Assembly: GCA_965261395.1 (NCBI GenBank)
Contig: OZ253462.1
Location: forward strand, 4,384,001 to 4,448,000
Length of the DNA: 64,000 nucleotides
Reading direction: 5' to 3'
Source of the DNA: Candidatus Latescibacterota bacterium
GTDB lineage: Bacteria > Latescibacterota > UBA2968 > UBA8231
Position 1 is the stretch's first letter, and the number at the start of each line of letters is the position of its first letter. Under the pieces are notes generated by a model. The model did not search any database. It worked only from the letters and a program-made list of their open reading frames with translations, and was not told where the DNA came from. The position numbers were made by a program, and so were the translations under genes. Of the stretch, positions 36,085 to 46,052 are shown piece by piece.

Positions 36085-37794
36085 TTGCGCGATCTATCTA
36101 CGACCATCGCCGTCCTCGCCCTGATTTTAGTCGGTTGGTACGCCCTTAACCGCTGGGGCTTATCTGTCTATCCAGACGACCCGTCCGTGGGCGGCGAGTA
36201 CACCGTCATCCGCTGGGCCTCCGACCCCAATCCAGCGCGCACCGAACAAATGGCCCTCTTCAATCGGCTCTACGAAGACAAGAAAGTGCGCGTCGTTCTC
36301 GACCCGAGCGCGGACGTGCAAAAGATTCTCACCCAAGCGGCGGCCGGTTCTGGGCCGGACGTCTTTGACATCTACAGCTATGCGACCTTCGCGCTCTACG
36401 CCTCTAAGGGCGTCATGGTTGAACTGAACGACTACATGCGCGAGGCCAAGCTGAGCCTCGACGACTTCTGGCTGCACCGGCGCAACGCCCTCGCCGCGCC
36501 AGTGGCCGGCACACCGGCCGGGGCCGACGAATACGAGCGCTTTCGCATCTATGCCGTCCCCAACAACGTCACCGTCAGCGTCACCTTTCTCAACCGCTCG
36601 CTCTACGACGCGGTCGCGCGCTACCGCCAAGTGCATAACTTGACCATGCCGCCCTTGCCGTGGAACCACTGGACTTGGTGGGACTACGTCCTCTTGTGTC
36701 AGGCCCTCACCAAAAAGAGCGCCGATGGCCGGCGCTATGAGACCTTTGGCTCGGGCGGGGCGGGCTTTGGTGGAGGGATGAACAACTTCATCTACCAAGC
36801 CGGCGGCAGCCTCCTCAACGACGACGGCACCGAGATTGCCCTCGACTCCCCAGCCGGTGCCACAGCCGCCCAATATCTGTACGACCTCGTCAACACCTTC
36901 CACGTTGTGCCATCAGCCGAAGATCAATCCGCGCAAACAGGTGGGGGCGGTTGGGGTGGGCAATCCATACTAGGATTGTATTCGGCGGGCAAACTGGGCA
37001 CCATCCTCATCGGCCGCTGGGGGCTGATCAAGGTGCGCCGCGAGGCCCGCTTTACCACCGAGATTTACCCCATGCCCCGCTACGTGCCCTACGAGGAGTG
37101 GGAGCGCTGGATGAGTGACCCCGAGATGCGCGCCAACCCGAGCCTGCGCGACGGCCTTTGGGGCGAGATCAGTGAGACTGGCCGCCACCGAGGCAAGGCG
37201 GGCGAGATGGGTGGGCGAGTGACGGCCATCCGCAAGGGCACTCAGCACGAGCGAGAGGCATTTTACTTTCTAGAATACTTGTCCAGCCCGGATTTCAACA
37301 ACTTGTTGACCAAGGACGCAGATGCCTTTGGCAGTCGCAAGCAGTTTTCGGTGCGCTATTTCTCTCAGCCCGACCCCGAATTCCCCGATGAGGACCAACA
37401 CCGCTCGGCCCTGGTCGACGCCATGGAGCATCCGGTCGCAGAGCAGGCTGCGGCCTACGGGGCTGCTTTTGACATCACCCGTTTGCAGGGCGCGCTGGGC
37501 ACTAACCTCATCAATGCGGCCTACCAGCCCGCCGACTCAACAGCCCGCCAGACCTACCGATTCCTCGGCCGCATACCCAACCAGAGCGCAGTGGGCAACC
37601 CCACGGTGGGCCAAGCGGCTGTCATCGAAATGTCCGCCCGCATGCGCTCGGCCTTGGCCAAGGCCGAGCGCAACCGCACGCTCTCCAGCCGTAGCCACGC
37701 GCTCGACCTCCTCGGGATCGCGGCCCTCCTAGTGGCGATCGGCGGCGGCCTGGCGTTCTACGTTCGGCGGCAACGCGAGGAGATGGACGCGTGA
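36085..37794 (+). CDS. Carbohydrate ABC transporter solute-binding protein, atypical (N- and C-terminal hydrophobic anchors)
   Basis: AAGSGPDVF, IYAVP, NRSLYD, WTWWDY, FIYQAGG SBP family 1 motifs; C-terminal LLGIAALLVAIGGGLAFYVRR. Confidence 0.78.
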   Translation: MRDLSTTIAVLALILVGWYALNRWGLSVYPDDPSVGGEYTVIRWASDPNPARTEQMALFNRLYEDKKVRVVLDPSADVQKILTQAAAGSGPDVFDIYSYATFALYASKGVMVELNDYMREAKLSLDDFWLHRRNALAAPVAGTPAGADEYERFRIYAVPNNVTVSVTFLNRSLYDAVARYRQVHNLTMPPLPWNHWTWWDYVLLCQALTKKSADGRRYETFGSGGAGFGGGMNNFIYQAGGSLLNDDGTEIALDSPAGATAAQYLYDLVNTFHVVPSAEDQSAQTGGGGWGGQSILGLYSAGKLGTILIGRWGLIKVRREARFTTEIYPMPRYVPYEEWERWMSDPEMRANPSLRDGLWGEISETGRHRGKAGEMGGRVTAIRKGTQHEREAFYFLEYLSSPDFNNLLTKDADAFGSRKQFSVRYFSQPDPEFPDEDQHRSALVDAMEHPVAEQAAAYGAAFDITRLQGALGTNLINAAYQPADSTARQTYRFLGRIPNQSAVGNPTVGQAAVIEMSARMRSALAKAERNRTLSSRSHALDLLGIAALLVAIGGGLAFYVRRQREEMDA

Positions 37795-38948
37795 AGCCCC
37801 GAGAAAAGAGAATTCTGGGCTGGGCGTTGATTTTTCTCGCGCCGAATCTGACCGGGTTCTTGATCTTCACGTCCCTGCCGGTACTCTTCTCCTTTGGCCT
37901 CGCGTTCTTTCAGTGGGACACGTTCTCCGCGCCCCGCTTTATTGGCTTCGACAACTTCATTCGGCTGCTGACCGACCCCAAGCTCTGGTTTTATCTCTAC
38001 AACACGGTCTTTCTCATGGTGGGCTTGCCTCTGTCCATCGGCGGCTCGCTTCTGTTGGCCATCGTCCTCTCGCAAAAGCTGCGCGGCATCATCGTCTATC
38101 GCACGGTTTTCTACCTCCCCACCGTCACCAATGGGGTTGCGCTGTTCTTGCTCTGGAAGTGGCTCTACAACCCCAAGTACGGCCTCGTTAACTCAATCCT
38201 GCTCCCCGTGCTCTCTTGGCCCTATTTCTCGCTCGCCGTGCGCGTCGCGATCCTCGTGCTGATAGGCTTGGTACTGCAATCTCTGGCGCGCAAGGCCGTG
38301 TCCGCGCGACCGGCCCAAGTCCTGTCCGCGCTCCTTGCGGCCGCCACGCTCTACTGGATCGTCAGCGGCCTATACGAGTACGGCGGCCCCTGGGCTTGGC
38401 TATCGGGACGCATGGCCCTGCTGACTGGTCTCGACAGCATCGACGACTTGCCCAACTGGCTTTCCAGCAGCGTCGATTTGGGCTGGCTCTCTTGGCTCGG
38501 CCTAGAGCAGGCCGCCTATTGGGCTAAGACGGCCATCATCTTCATGGGCATTTGGGCGTCTATGGGCGGGGGCAACATGATCCTCTACCTCGCGGCTCTC
38601 GCCAATGTGCCCGAGGAGCTGTACGAAGCCTCGGACATCGACGGGGCCTCTAAGTGGCAGCAATTTTGGCACATCACTTGGCCAATGATCGCCCCGACGA
38701 CCTTCTTTATCTGCGTCATGTCTATTATCGGCGGGCTGCAAGGGGGCTTTGAGATCGCCTACTTGATGACCAATGGCGGCCCGGGCAAGGATGGGGACAA
38801 CACGGTCACGCTCGGCTACTACATCTACCGCTCGGCCTTTGAAAACCTGGAGTTCGGGTACGCGGCCGCCGTGGCTTGGTTTATGTTCGTCATCATATTT
38901 ACTATCACGCTGTTCAACTGGCGCTTCGGTCGGGGCGCGGTCAACTGA
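37791..38948 (+). CDS. Carbohydrate ABC transporter permease (MalF/UgpA-like)
   Basis: FIGFDNF, YRTVFYLP, EAA loop ELYEASDIDGASKWQQFWHITWP, FGYAAAVA. Confidence 0.92.
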   Translation: MKPREKRILGWALIFLAPNLTGFLIFTSLPVLFSFGLAFFQWDTFSAPRFIGFDNFIRLLTDPKLWFYLYNTVFLMVGLPLSIGGSLLLAIVLSQKLRGIIVYRTVFYLPTVTNGVALFLLWKWLYNPKYGLVNSILLPVLSWPYFSLAVRVAILVLIGLVLQSLARKAVSARPAQVLSALLAAATLYWIVSGLYEYGGPWAWLSGRMALLTGLDSIDDLPNWLSSSVDLGWLSWLGLEQAAYWAKTAIIFMGIWASMGGGNMILYLAALANVPEELYEASDIDGASKWQQFWHITWPMIAPTTFFICVMSIIGGLQGGFEIAYLMTNGGPGKDGDNTVTLGYYIYRSAFENLEFGYAAAVAWFMFVIIFTITLFNWRFGRGAVN

Positions 38949-38961
38949 GGAGAAAAGGCGC

Positions 38962-40443
38962 ATGGCCAAAGTCGCGCGCATGACCGCGATCCACTCGCTG
39001 AGCCACTGGCTGCTCATCCTCTTCGGCTTCACCACGCTGGTGCCGTTCCTGTGGATGGTGCTCACCTCGTTCAAGAGCGAAAACGAGGTCTTCCAGAGCC
39101 ACGTATGGCCGCAGGAGGTGCGCCTCGGCAACGAAGGTGACCTGCTGAAGACCCGCAATGGCCAACCGCTGCTCGACGCCCAAGGCGAGCCGATCCGTAT
39201 CACCCTCGGCAACCCGGTGATACTCGGTGCCCCCGGCGACCCGATCCGCGACCAGCAGGGCCGCCTGATCTACGACCCCGACGGTCAGCCCATCCCCGGC
39301 AAAAACGTCGAAGCGCGCGACGGCCTTGCCGTGTACAAAAACCGCTGGAATCCGGTCCTCGTCGAAGGTGCTCCCCTGCTGTTGACCGAAGCCTTGCGCG
39401 ACAAGTGGCAAAAACGGCTCGTGCAGCAGCGCCAGAGCTGGCGCACGGCCGAGCAGCTACCGCCGGCCTCGGTAGAGCTTGCCGACGGCACCCCGCTATT
39501 GCGCGCCAACGGCGAGGCTTATACCTATCGCGATATCTCTTGGGATCGCGTCGGGGACCCGGTTTTGGATGTCCAAGCCAAAGAGCCGATTCTCGACGCC
39601 GACGGCAACACCATTCCCTTTCGCTCGGCCTTTCCCCTGCTCAGAAGCGACGACGACCCGCTGACGGAAAAAGCCGGGGGCGACGTCCTCTACGCCCGCT
39701 TCCCCGGAGAAGACCAATTGCGCATTGCGTACGGCAACGACGTGTTGCAGATCAGCGAGCCGCGCTTCATGTGGTCCAACTACATCCGGGTCTTGCGCGA
39801 CAAGGACATCAAGTTCTCGCTCTACGGCTGGAACAGCCTCTTTGTCGCCGTCTGCGTGATGGTCGGCCAAGTGACGACCTCGGCCATGGCTGGCTTTGCC
39901 TTTGCCCGCCTCGAATGGCGCTACCGCGACGCCGTCTTCCTACTCTACTTGGCCACCTTGATGGTCCCCGGGATCGTCACCTTGCTGCCCAACTACGTGA
40001 TCCTCAAAAGCCTCGGCTGGCTCGACTCGTTCCAAGCGCTCATCATCCCGGCCATGTTCACCGCTTTTGGCACCTTTATGATGCGCCAGTTTATGACCGG
40101 GCTACCCAGAGGGCTCGAAGAAGCTGCTGAAATCGACGGTGCCAATCTCTGGAAGACCTTCTGGACTATCGTCATGCCCCTGTCCAAGCCGGCGTTGATT
40201 ACCCTCTCGATCTTCTCCTTCATGGGCACTTGGCAGTCCTTTACCTGGCCACTGATCGTCACTCACTCCGAGCACATGCGAGTCCTGCCGGTAGCCCTGC
40301 GCTACTTCGATTCCTCGCAGGGGACCAACTACTCGCTGTTGATGACGGGGAGCGTTCTGATGATGCTGCCGATGATCGTGCTCTTTGTCTTCGGCCAGCG
40401 GTTCTTCGTGCGCGGTATCCAACTCGGCGCGCTCAAAGGTTGA
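38962..40443 (+). CDS. Carbohydrate ABC transporter permease (MalG/UgpE-like) with ~220-aa extracytoplasmic insertion
   Basis: Start MAKVAR after GAGGAG; PFLWMVLTSFK, WSNY, AGFAFARL, LEEAAEIDGA, QRFFVRGIQLGALKG. Confidence 0.92.
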   Translation: MAKVARMTAIHSLSHWLLILFGFTTLVPFLWMVLTSFKSENEVFQSHVWPQEVRLGNEGDLLKTRNGQPLLDAQGEPIRITLGNPVILGAPGDPIRDQQGRLIYDPDGQPIPGKNVEARDGLAVYKNRWNPVLVEGAPLLLTEALRDKWQKRLVQQRQSWRTAEQLPPASVELADGTPLLRANGEAYTYRDISWDRVGDPVLDVQAKEPILDADGNTIPFRSAFPLLRSDDDPLTEKAGGDVLYARFPGEDQLRIAYGNDVLQISEPRFMWSNYIRVLRDKDIKFSLYGWNSLFVAVCVMVGQVTTSAMAGFAFARLEWRYRDAVFLLYLATLMVPGIVTLLPNYVILKSLGWLDSFQALIIPAMFTAFGTFMMRQFMTGLPRGLEEAAEIDGANLWKTFWTIVMPLSKPALITLSIFSFMGTWQSFTWPLIVTHSEHMRVLPVALRYFDSSQGTNYSLLMTGSVLMMLPMIVLFVFGQRFFVRGIQLGALKG

Positions 40444-40449
40444 CCAGAG

Positions 40450-41253
40450 TCAAAGCTCCGCTTCGGGAATCTGCTCCCAGTCCAGCTCGTCCTCGTCGAT
40501 ATCCCAATCGTCGCTCCGCGCCGCCGGCCGGTTGCAATAGGTGTGAAATTCGCAGCGCTGGCACTCGCCCTCGTCGTCGGTCTTGGCGTACGCATCCGCG
40601 TCTGGGAGGGCCTCGATGGTAGCGATCTCCTCTGCCAAAAGCCCTCGCGCCCGCTCGTGCTCGGCGGCCGAATAGGCAATCGGCTGCAGGGCCTGCGGGT
40701 ACTGAGCGTGCCAATAGACCAACACCACGTCGTCGGGCGCGAGGGCGCGGCCCTCGTTCAAGACCGCGCCAGCCTCGACCAAGACAAAGCGATAAACCAG
40801 CGTTTGCCAGCTTTGGACATAGGCGGCTTGCTCTGGCTTTTTGCGGCCGGTCTTCCAGTCGAATATCCAGGCGCGGCCATCGTCGGCTAGTACCACGCGG
40901 TCGAACTTGGCGACGAGACGCCGACCGGCTAGGGGCACGGAGAGCATGGTTTCCCCAAACACCGCTCCCGTGGGCAAAACCGGCGGCTGCTCGCGCCAAT
41001 TGCGCCACCAAGCGGTCAGCAGCGGATCGCGGCTCCGCTGCACTGCGTCCTCCACATCCATGCCCAAGCTCTCCTGCAACACAAACTGGTGGAACGCCCG
41101 CCCCCGGTCGGCGGCGGCCTCCCACTCGTCGAGCTGGTCGGTCAGCGGCGCAGGCCACGCCAACCGCTCGACATAGCGCAAAAGGAACTGCCGCCGACAG
41201 CGTTTAAAGGCCGTCAGGCTGCTCTGGCTGTACTTGAATCCTTGCGGTATCAT
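40450..41253 (-). CDS. PD-(D/E)xK RecB/AddB/Cas4-like nuclease with 4-Cys Fe-S staple
   Basis: Start MIPQGF (ATGA overlap); YSQSSL...C, GRAFH, E, AKFDRV, IFDWKTG, QTLVY, C-terminal CQRCEFHTYC. Confidence 0.88.
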   Translation of the reverse strand: MIPQGFKYSQSSLTAFKRCRRQFLLRYVERLAWPAPLTDQLDEWEAAADRGRAFHQFVLQESLGMDVEDAVQRSRDPLLTAWWRNWREQPPVLPTGAVFGETMLSVPLAGRRLVAKFDRVVLADDGRAWIFDWKTGRKKPEQAAYVQSWQTLVYRFVLVEAGAVLNEGRALAPDDVVLVYWHAQYPQALQPIAYSAAEHERARGLLAEEIATIEALPDADAYAKTDDEGECQRCEFHTYCNRPAARSDDWDIDEDELDWEQIPEAEL

Positions 41254-43448
41254 CGGCTCTGCTGCTCGCAATAGAGTTGCAACTGGCGGAACACCTCGGC
41301 CATGGGCACGGCCTGCGTCCGCGTGGCGCGCGGAATCTGGCGACTCCAGCTCAGGACCAAATAGCGCCGCGCACGGGTAATGGCCACGTAGAGCAGCCGC
41401 AGCCGCTCGGCAATCACTTCCGCGTGGGAACGATCGGTGGCCGACAGTCGGCTCGACCCGATTTCGCCGATCAGGTCCAACAGCTCGGCCCGCGCATCCT
41501 CGCAAGGATCGCCGCCGAGAAACTCATACTCGCCAAAAAACCGCGCGTCGAGGTCGTGGGGAAACCAATCGCCATCCACCCCCATGACATAGACTAGATC
41601 CCACTCCATCCCCTTGGCCTTGTGCATGGTCGTCAGGAAAATCCGCCCAGGCTGAGGTACCAATGCGTCCTCTGCTTCGGCGAGGGCACCCGCCCGACCT
41701 TGCACGGCCTCGCTCAACTCGCGCATCAATTCGGGCAATTGCCAATCTGCGTTTTGGTCGGCACGAGTGCGCACATAAACCGCCAGTTGCTGCGCCCGCG
41801 CCATATCCTCTTCCTTCAGCAGATCTTGGGCGACCGTCATCAGGAGTTGATCTACCGGCAGCGCAACCGCTCGCAGCCAGCGCCGCAGATAGCCACACAG
41901 AAGGGTGATGGCCTCCAAATCCTGCGGCTCGATGCGATCCAGCGGAGGCAGGGCCGCTTCCATGCGCTGGCCGGCCTCTGGATAGAGCAGTGCTTCGGGT
42001 CGATAGCAACTGCGCAGCAACATGGCCACGGCCTCCTCATTTCCCGGCCCACTCGGCCCGGGCCAAAAGCCGACCAAGGCGCGATAGGCCCGCTCCAACT
42101 GGTTGCGCTGCAAAGGCTCGGCGAGAAAACCAAGCACCTCGCATAGGGCCTCGCCTACCCGCCGCGCCGAGCGCGGGCTTTGCAGCACCTCGTCGAAGTC
42201 CGCTCCGGCTTGGCGCAAGCGCTCGGCCATATCGTAGCCGATGCGATTGGTGGGCACCAGCACCGCCACCGTCAAGCTCGAATGGCGCTCGGCAAAACCC
42301 TTGGCCCGACGCGTGATGCTGTCGAATTCATCGTGGCGGTTGTTGTATTCGCGGAACCCTATAGCACTGTCGGCGTCCGCGGGGTTTTGCTGGGGATCGC
42401 CGCGATCGGTGGGCTGCATCTGCTGGGGTCGGAAAGCGCGCTGGCGCACCTCGGCCAGCGGGTGTTCGATTGCGGCCCACTCGACCAGAAAATTGGCCAA
42501 ATCCATGATCTTGGGGGCGCAGCGGCCAGAGATAGTCATCTCTGCGACCGCGACGTCTCCGCGCTCCAAGAAGTCGCGCAAATAGCGAGGATCAGCCGCG
42601 GTAAAGGTGCTCATAATCGCCTGATTGGGGTCGCCGACCCGGATCCAATTGCCACCCGGCCCCACCAACAGCGCGATCAGCTCCTCCTGCAAGGGGACGC
42701 TGTCTTGCGCCTCGTCCTCCAAGACGAAGGGCCAACGCCGCCGGTAGCGGCTGCACAAATCCGGGTATTGCTGCAACATCTCTACGGCCATCCATACCAA
42801 ATCGTCGAAGTCGAGGCCGCCGATGGTCTCGACTTGCTGCTGGTAGAGCCGGTAGATTTCCGCGCCGATCCGCAAAAACAGGTCGCCATCTTCCCGGCCG
42901 CCAATCCGCGCCAAGAGGTCCTCGGCCCGCAGCCGGCGGTTCTTGGCCGTGGTGATGACCGTGCGGGCCACTTTCCGCGCAATGTCGCGCCACTCCTGCT
43001 CCCACTGCTGATCCACGTATTCCCCAGGCCCCAACCGGCCCCACACCCCCTTGTTGTCGTCGTTCCAAGTCCGCACCGCCTTGTCGAGCAAACTCTCGCT
43101 GGCGCGCTCGTCGAGGACCATAAATTCGGCTGCGGCCCCCACCAGCCCGGGATTGGCTTGGACGATGCCGTAAGCCAAGCTGTGCAAGGTTCGCACGTCG
43201 TAGCCGACCTGGAGCATATCCATCTCTTGCAAGCGCTGGCCGATCCGGGCGCGGACATTGTCCACAGCCGCGTTTTGGTACGTCACGATCAGCACCTGCC
43301 CCCCCTCGGTGCGCCTCTCGGTGATCAGCCGAGTCGCCAAGGCGACAATCGTCGCGGTCTTACCGCTGCCGGGCACCGCTGACACGCCGAGCAGGCCACC
43401 TTGATAGGCCAAGATCTCGCGCTGTCCCGCGCGCGGCTCAAACCTCAC
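41250..43448 (-). CDS. UvrD/PcrA-family (SF1A) ATP-dependent helicase
   Basis: GTG start at 43448 (GGAGG RBS, GTGA overlap); AVPGSGKT, TLHSL, DFDDL, DEAQD, VGDPNQAI, TMHKAKGMEWD, RLLYVAITRAR. Confidence 0.92.
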   Translation of the reverse strand: MRFEPRAGQREILAYQGGLLGVSAVPGSGKTATIVALATRLITERRTEGGQVLIVTYQNAAVDNVRARIGQRLQEMDMLQVGYDVRTLHSLAYGIVQANPGLVGAAAEFMVLDERASESLLDKAVRTWNDDNKGVWGRLGPGEYVDQQWEQEWRDIARKVARTVITTAKNRRLRAEDLLARIGGREDGDLFLRIGAEIYRLYQQQVETIGGLDFDDLVWMAVEMLQQYPDLCSRYRRRWPFVLEDEAQDSVPLQEELIALLVGPGGNWIRVGDPNQAIMSTFTAADPRYLRDFLERGDVAVAEMTISGRCAPKIMDLANFLVEWAAIEHPLAEVRQRAFRPQQMQPTDRGDPQQNPADADSAIGFREYNNRHDEFDSITRRAKGFAERHSSLTVAVLVPTNRIGYDMAERLRQAGADFDEVLQSPRSARRVGEALCEVLGFLAEPLQRNQLERAYRALVGFWPGPSGPGNEEAVAMLLRSCYRPEALLYPEAGQRMEAALPPLDRIEPQDLEAITLLCGYLRRWLRAVALPVDQLLMTVAQDLLKEEDMARAQQLAVYVRTRADQNADWQLPELMRELSEAVQGRAGALAEAEDALVPQPGRIFLTTMHKAKGMEWDLVYVMGVDGDWFPHDLDARFFGEYEFLGGDPCEDARAELLDLIGEIGSSRLSATDRSHAEVIAERLRLLYVAITRARRYLVLSWSRQIPRATRTQAVPMAEVFRQLQLYCEQQSR

Positions 43449-45520
43449 CCGCGACCCTCCTGCAAGACCTGTTGCACCGCCATCATCAGCGGCCCGTCCT
43501 GTGCCGAGCCGCGGCCTCCTGAGTCGCTGGAGCAGAGATAAATCCCATCGCGGCAGCGCAGACACAGACCTCGCACCAAGCGGTAGAGGTTGCGGTTGCG
43601 GATCGAGTAATCCACGGCGTCGGTCCAGCGTTCCTCTCGGTTCCAGCGCCGGGTCAGCACGTAGTGGTTGGTCAAGGGCTGGTGCAGCGGCTCCCACCAA
43701 GTCGCCGAGCCAATGTCCAGCCAGAACTGGTAGCGCGCTACGTGACCGGAGAGCAAATAGGTATAGACCGGCGCAACGAGGGCAATCGACTCTGGAGCCT
43801 CGTCGAGATCGACATCGGTCAGGTATTGGGCGGCGACGACCCCGGACCATATCATCTCGACGTAGCGCTGGCCAATGGCTGCGCCCTCTAGCGCCATAGC
43901 CGGAGCCACCTCGCGGAATGAGGCGGCCGAGGCAATCAGCTTGCTGTACACCTCGGCATCTTCGGGCTCCAGCGCGGCGTGCGACAGCACCTCCCCGAAG
44001 AGCCGGCGCAAAAAGTGGTCCCAAGGGTCGGCCGCGCCGCCGCGATACGCCTCGATCCAGATGCGTAGGGCCTCGTAGCGGTCGAGCGCAGCCCGGCCCA
44101 TCCGCTCGCCCATAGCATTATTTAACGCGCGCGCGAGTTTGAGCTGGCCCGAGCGCGGGTCGTACAAATGCCGCGCCATCAGTTCGGCCCGCAGCCGGTC
44201 GAGGGGTTTGAGCGCCCGCTCCAACACCCCAGACAAATCAAAGAGCGAGAGCCGTTGTCCCCAATCGGGATGGGCGAGAATGGCCAGCGCCAGACAGGCG
44301 CGCACCACCGGCTCTTCGCGCAGTGTCTCATAGCGCCGCACGATCGCAAAGGGGATGTCGGCGGCGCGAAAGGTCTCAGACAAGAGGAAGCGCAATACCC
44401 CGTCGGCGTGTGGAGCCACGACTGCGATTTCGCCCGGGGCCACACCCTCGGCGATCTTCTGCACGATCCGTTGGGCCACGGCCTCGATCATCTGCCCTCG
44501 GTAGCGAGCCTGCACTACATCCACCACAGCCTCCCGAGGTGACCCTCCCGAGGCTCCGTCAGTTGCCTGGCCCAACTTCGCGCCGATGCGGTCGGCAAAG
44601 GCCACCATGTTCCGGGTGGCACACGCCTCCGGAGCCACTGCAATCGTCTCCTTGCACTGCTGCTGTAGCTCCGTGGCACCAGGCGCATCAACGCCTAAAA
44701 AGATGCGGAAGCCAGCTTGTGCGTCCCCGCCCAACAGGGCCGAGTCGCACCTAGGCAAGAGCCGCCCCACCAGATCGCCGGCCACTGGCACTAGTTCCTC
44801 GGCCGAGTCAACCAAGAGGTGGCGATAGCGCTCGGTGAAGTAGCGCCAGAATTCTTCCTGCGCGATTAGGTGGCGGTTACAGACCTCAAAGACCAGCGAC
44901 GCGTCGAGCAACCCGTGCCGCAGGCAGTGACTGCGGTAGCGGTCGATACACGTCTGCACCTGCTCGTACACGCGCAGCCGCTGCTCTTCCCCGGCCCAAG
45001 CGCGGCTCAGGCGCGGTGCCACCTCCGCGAGCGCGAAATCCGCTACCGCCGCCTTGTTCAAATTGTCGAGCAATTGGGAGAGAATGCGCTGGGGCCGCAG
45101 GTACAGGCCCTCGAAATAACCCTCGGCGAGCAGCGGCTCGGCCACCTGCCCCATCAGGTATTGAGCGGCCTCGTAGTTGAGGAAAACCGGCGGCCGCGCT
45201 GGTGCGGCAAAGCCGGCCTTGCCAGCCACCAGCGGCCAAAACAGTCGCACCAACCGACTCGCCAGCCCGTAGTACGTCTGTAGATCGACGGTGCTATACG
45301 GCCCCAAGTCGAGCCGATCCACTGCTTGGTGAAAGCGCCGCGTAGTCGCCCGATCGGGTAACAGCACCAAGATCGCGTACCCGGGCACCCCGGCTGCGAG
45401 CAAGACTCGCAGCCGCTCGATCAGGGCCTGCCGCTGCCCCGCTACGAGCGGCCCGGCGAGAAAGCAAGAATGCCGTTCGAATAGAGGGGCGTGCACCGCC
45501 CTAGCAAATTCTGGAACCAT
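43445..45520 (-). CDS. Degenerate UvrD-like protein (probably ATPase-inactive partner subunit)
   Basis: Start MVPEF; Walker A position reads GPLVAGQR, Walker B position reads HLLVDSAEE; GVAPGEIAVVAP retained; translationally coupled to the helicase. Confidence 0.7.
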   Translation of the reverse strand: MVPEFARAVHAPLFERHSCFLAGPLVAGQRQALIERLRVLLAAGVPGYAILVLLPDRATTRRFHQAVDRLDLGPYSTVDLQTYYGLASRLVRLFWPLVAGKAGFAAPARPPVFLNYEAAQYLMGQVAEPLLAEGYFEGLYLRPQRILSQLLDNLNKAAVADFALAEVAPRLSRAWAGEEQRLRVYEQVQTCIDRYRSHCLRHGLLDASLVFEVCNRHLIAQEEFWRYFTERYRHLLVDSAEELVPVAGDLVGRLLPRCDSALLGGDAQAGFRIFLGVDAPGATELQQQCKETIAVAPEACATRNMVAFADRIGAKLGQATDGASGGSPREAVVDVVQARYRGQMIEAVAQRIVQKIAEGVAPGEIAVVAPHADGVLRFLLSETFRAADIPFAIVRRYETLREEPVVRACLALAILAHPDWGQRLSLFDLSGVLERALKPLDRLRAELMARHLYDPRSGQLKLARALNNAMGERMGRAALDRYEALRIWIEAYRGGAADPWDHFLRRLFGEVLSHAALEPEDAEVYSKLIASAASFREVAPAMALEGAAIGQRYVEMIWSGVVAAQYLTDVDLDEAPESIALVAPVYTYLLSGHVARYQFWLDIGSATWWEPLHQPLTNHYVLTRRWNREERWTDAVDYSIRNRNLYRLVRGLCLRCRDGIYLCSSDSGGRGSAQDGPLMMAVQQVLQEGRG

Positions 45521-45536
45521 GACTTTTGCGCGGCGC

Positions 45537-46001
45537 TCAGCCCAGGAGTGGGTTGCGCGTGAAAATATCGACGACCTCGGCCGCATCAGTCACTTGCAGC
45601 AAGCGCTGGCGCACTTCCTCTTGCTGCAAGCGCTGCGACAGAGCCGCCAGCAGCGCCATGTGCTGTTTTTGGTGTTTCTGGGGCGTGACCAACAGTGCGA
45701 TGATGTGGACGGGCTGGCCGTCAATCGCGTCAAAGTCAATGCCGACCTGCGAGATGCCGATGGCTAAGAGCTGACGCTGGATCCCGTCCTCGTGTGCGTG
45801 GGGTATGGCTACGCCCTTGCCAATGCCCGTAGAGGCCTGTTGCTCGCGCCGAATCAAGGACGCGAGCAAGCGCTTCTGGTCGGGCACGGCGACGTCTTGC
45901 CACAGCACGGTGGCCAATTCGCGGATGGCATCGAAGTTGCGCTGCGCCGTGAGGTTCAAAACGACCTTCTTCGGATCGAGTATGCGTCTTAATTTTTCCA
46001 T
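45537..46001 (-). CDS. PTS IIA component (fructose/nitrogen-regulatory EIIA family)
   Basis: REQQASTGIGKGVAIPH phospho-His motif, GIDFDAIDGQPV; start MEKLRR. Confidence 0.9.
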   Translation of the reverse strand: MEKLRRILDPKKVVLNLTAQRNFDAIRELATVLWQDVAVPDQKRLLASLIRREQQASTGIGKGVAIPHAHEDGIQRQLLAIGISQVGIDFDAIDGQPVHIIALLVTPQKHQKQHMALLAALSQRLQQEEVRQRLLQVTDAAEVVDIFTRNPLLG

Positions 46002-46052
46002 AGCGACCCTCGAAGGCGTTAAAGGGGAAGCAGCCACAACTTATATACCCCA

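Noticed and set aside
40450-41253. Cas4 / CRISPR-Cas locus
   Set aside because: The nuclease has a Cas4-like Cys pattern, but there is no cas1/cas2 and no repeat-spacer array in the window; it is coupled to helicases instead.
43449-44024. N-terminal extensions in the ORF track (helicase 924 aa, nuclease 351 aa, permease 556 aa, SDR 302 aa, 5568 start)
   Set aside because: They overlap upstream genes or promoter DNA, are low-complexity or atypical, and better RBS-linked starts exist downstream.
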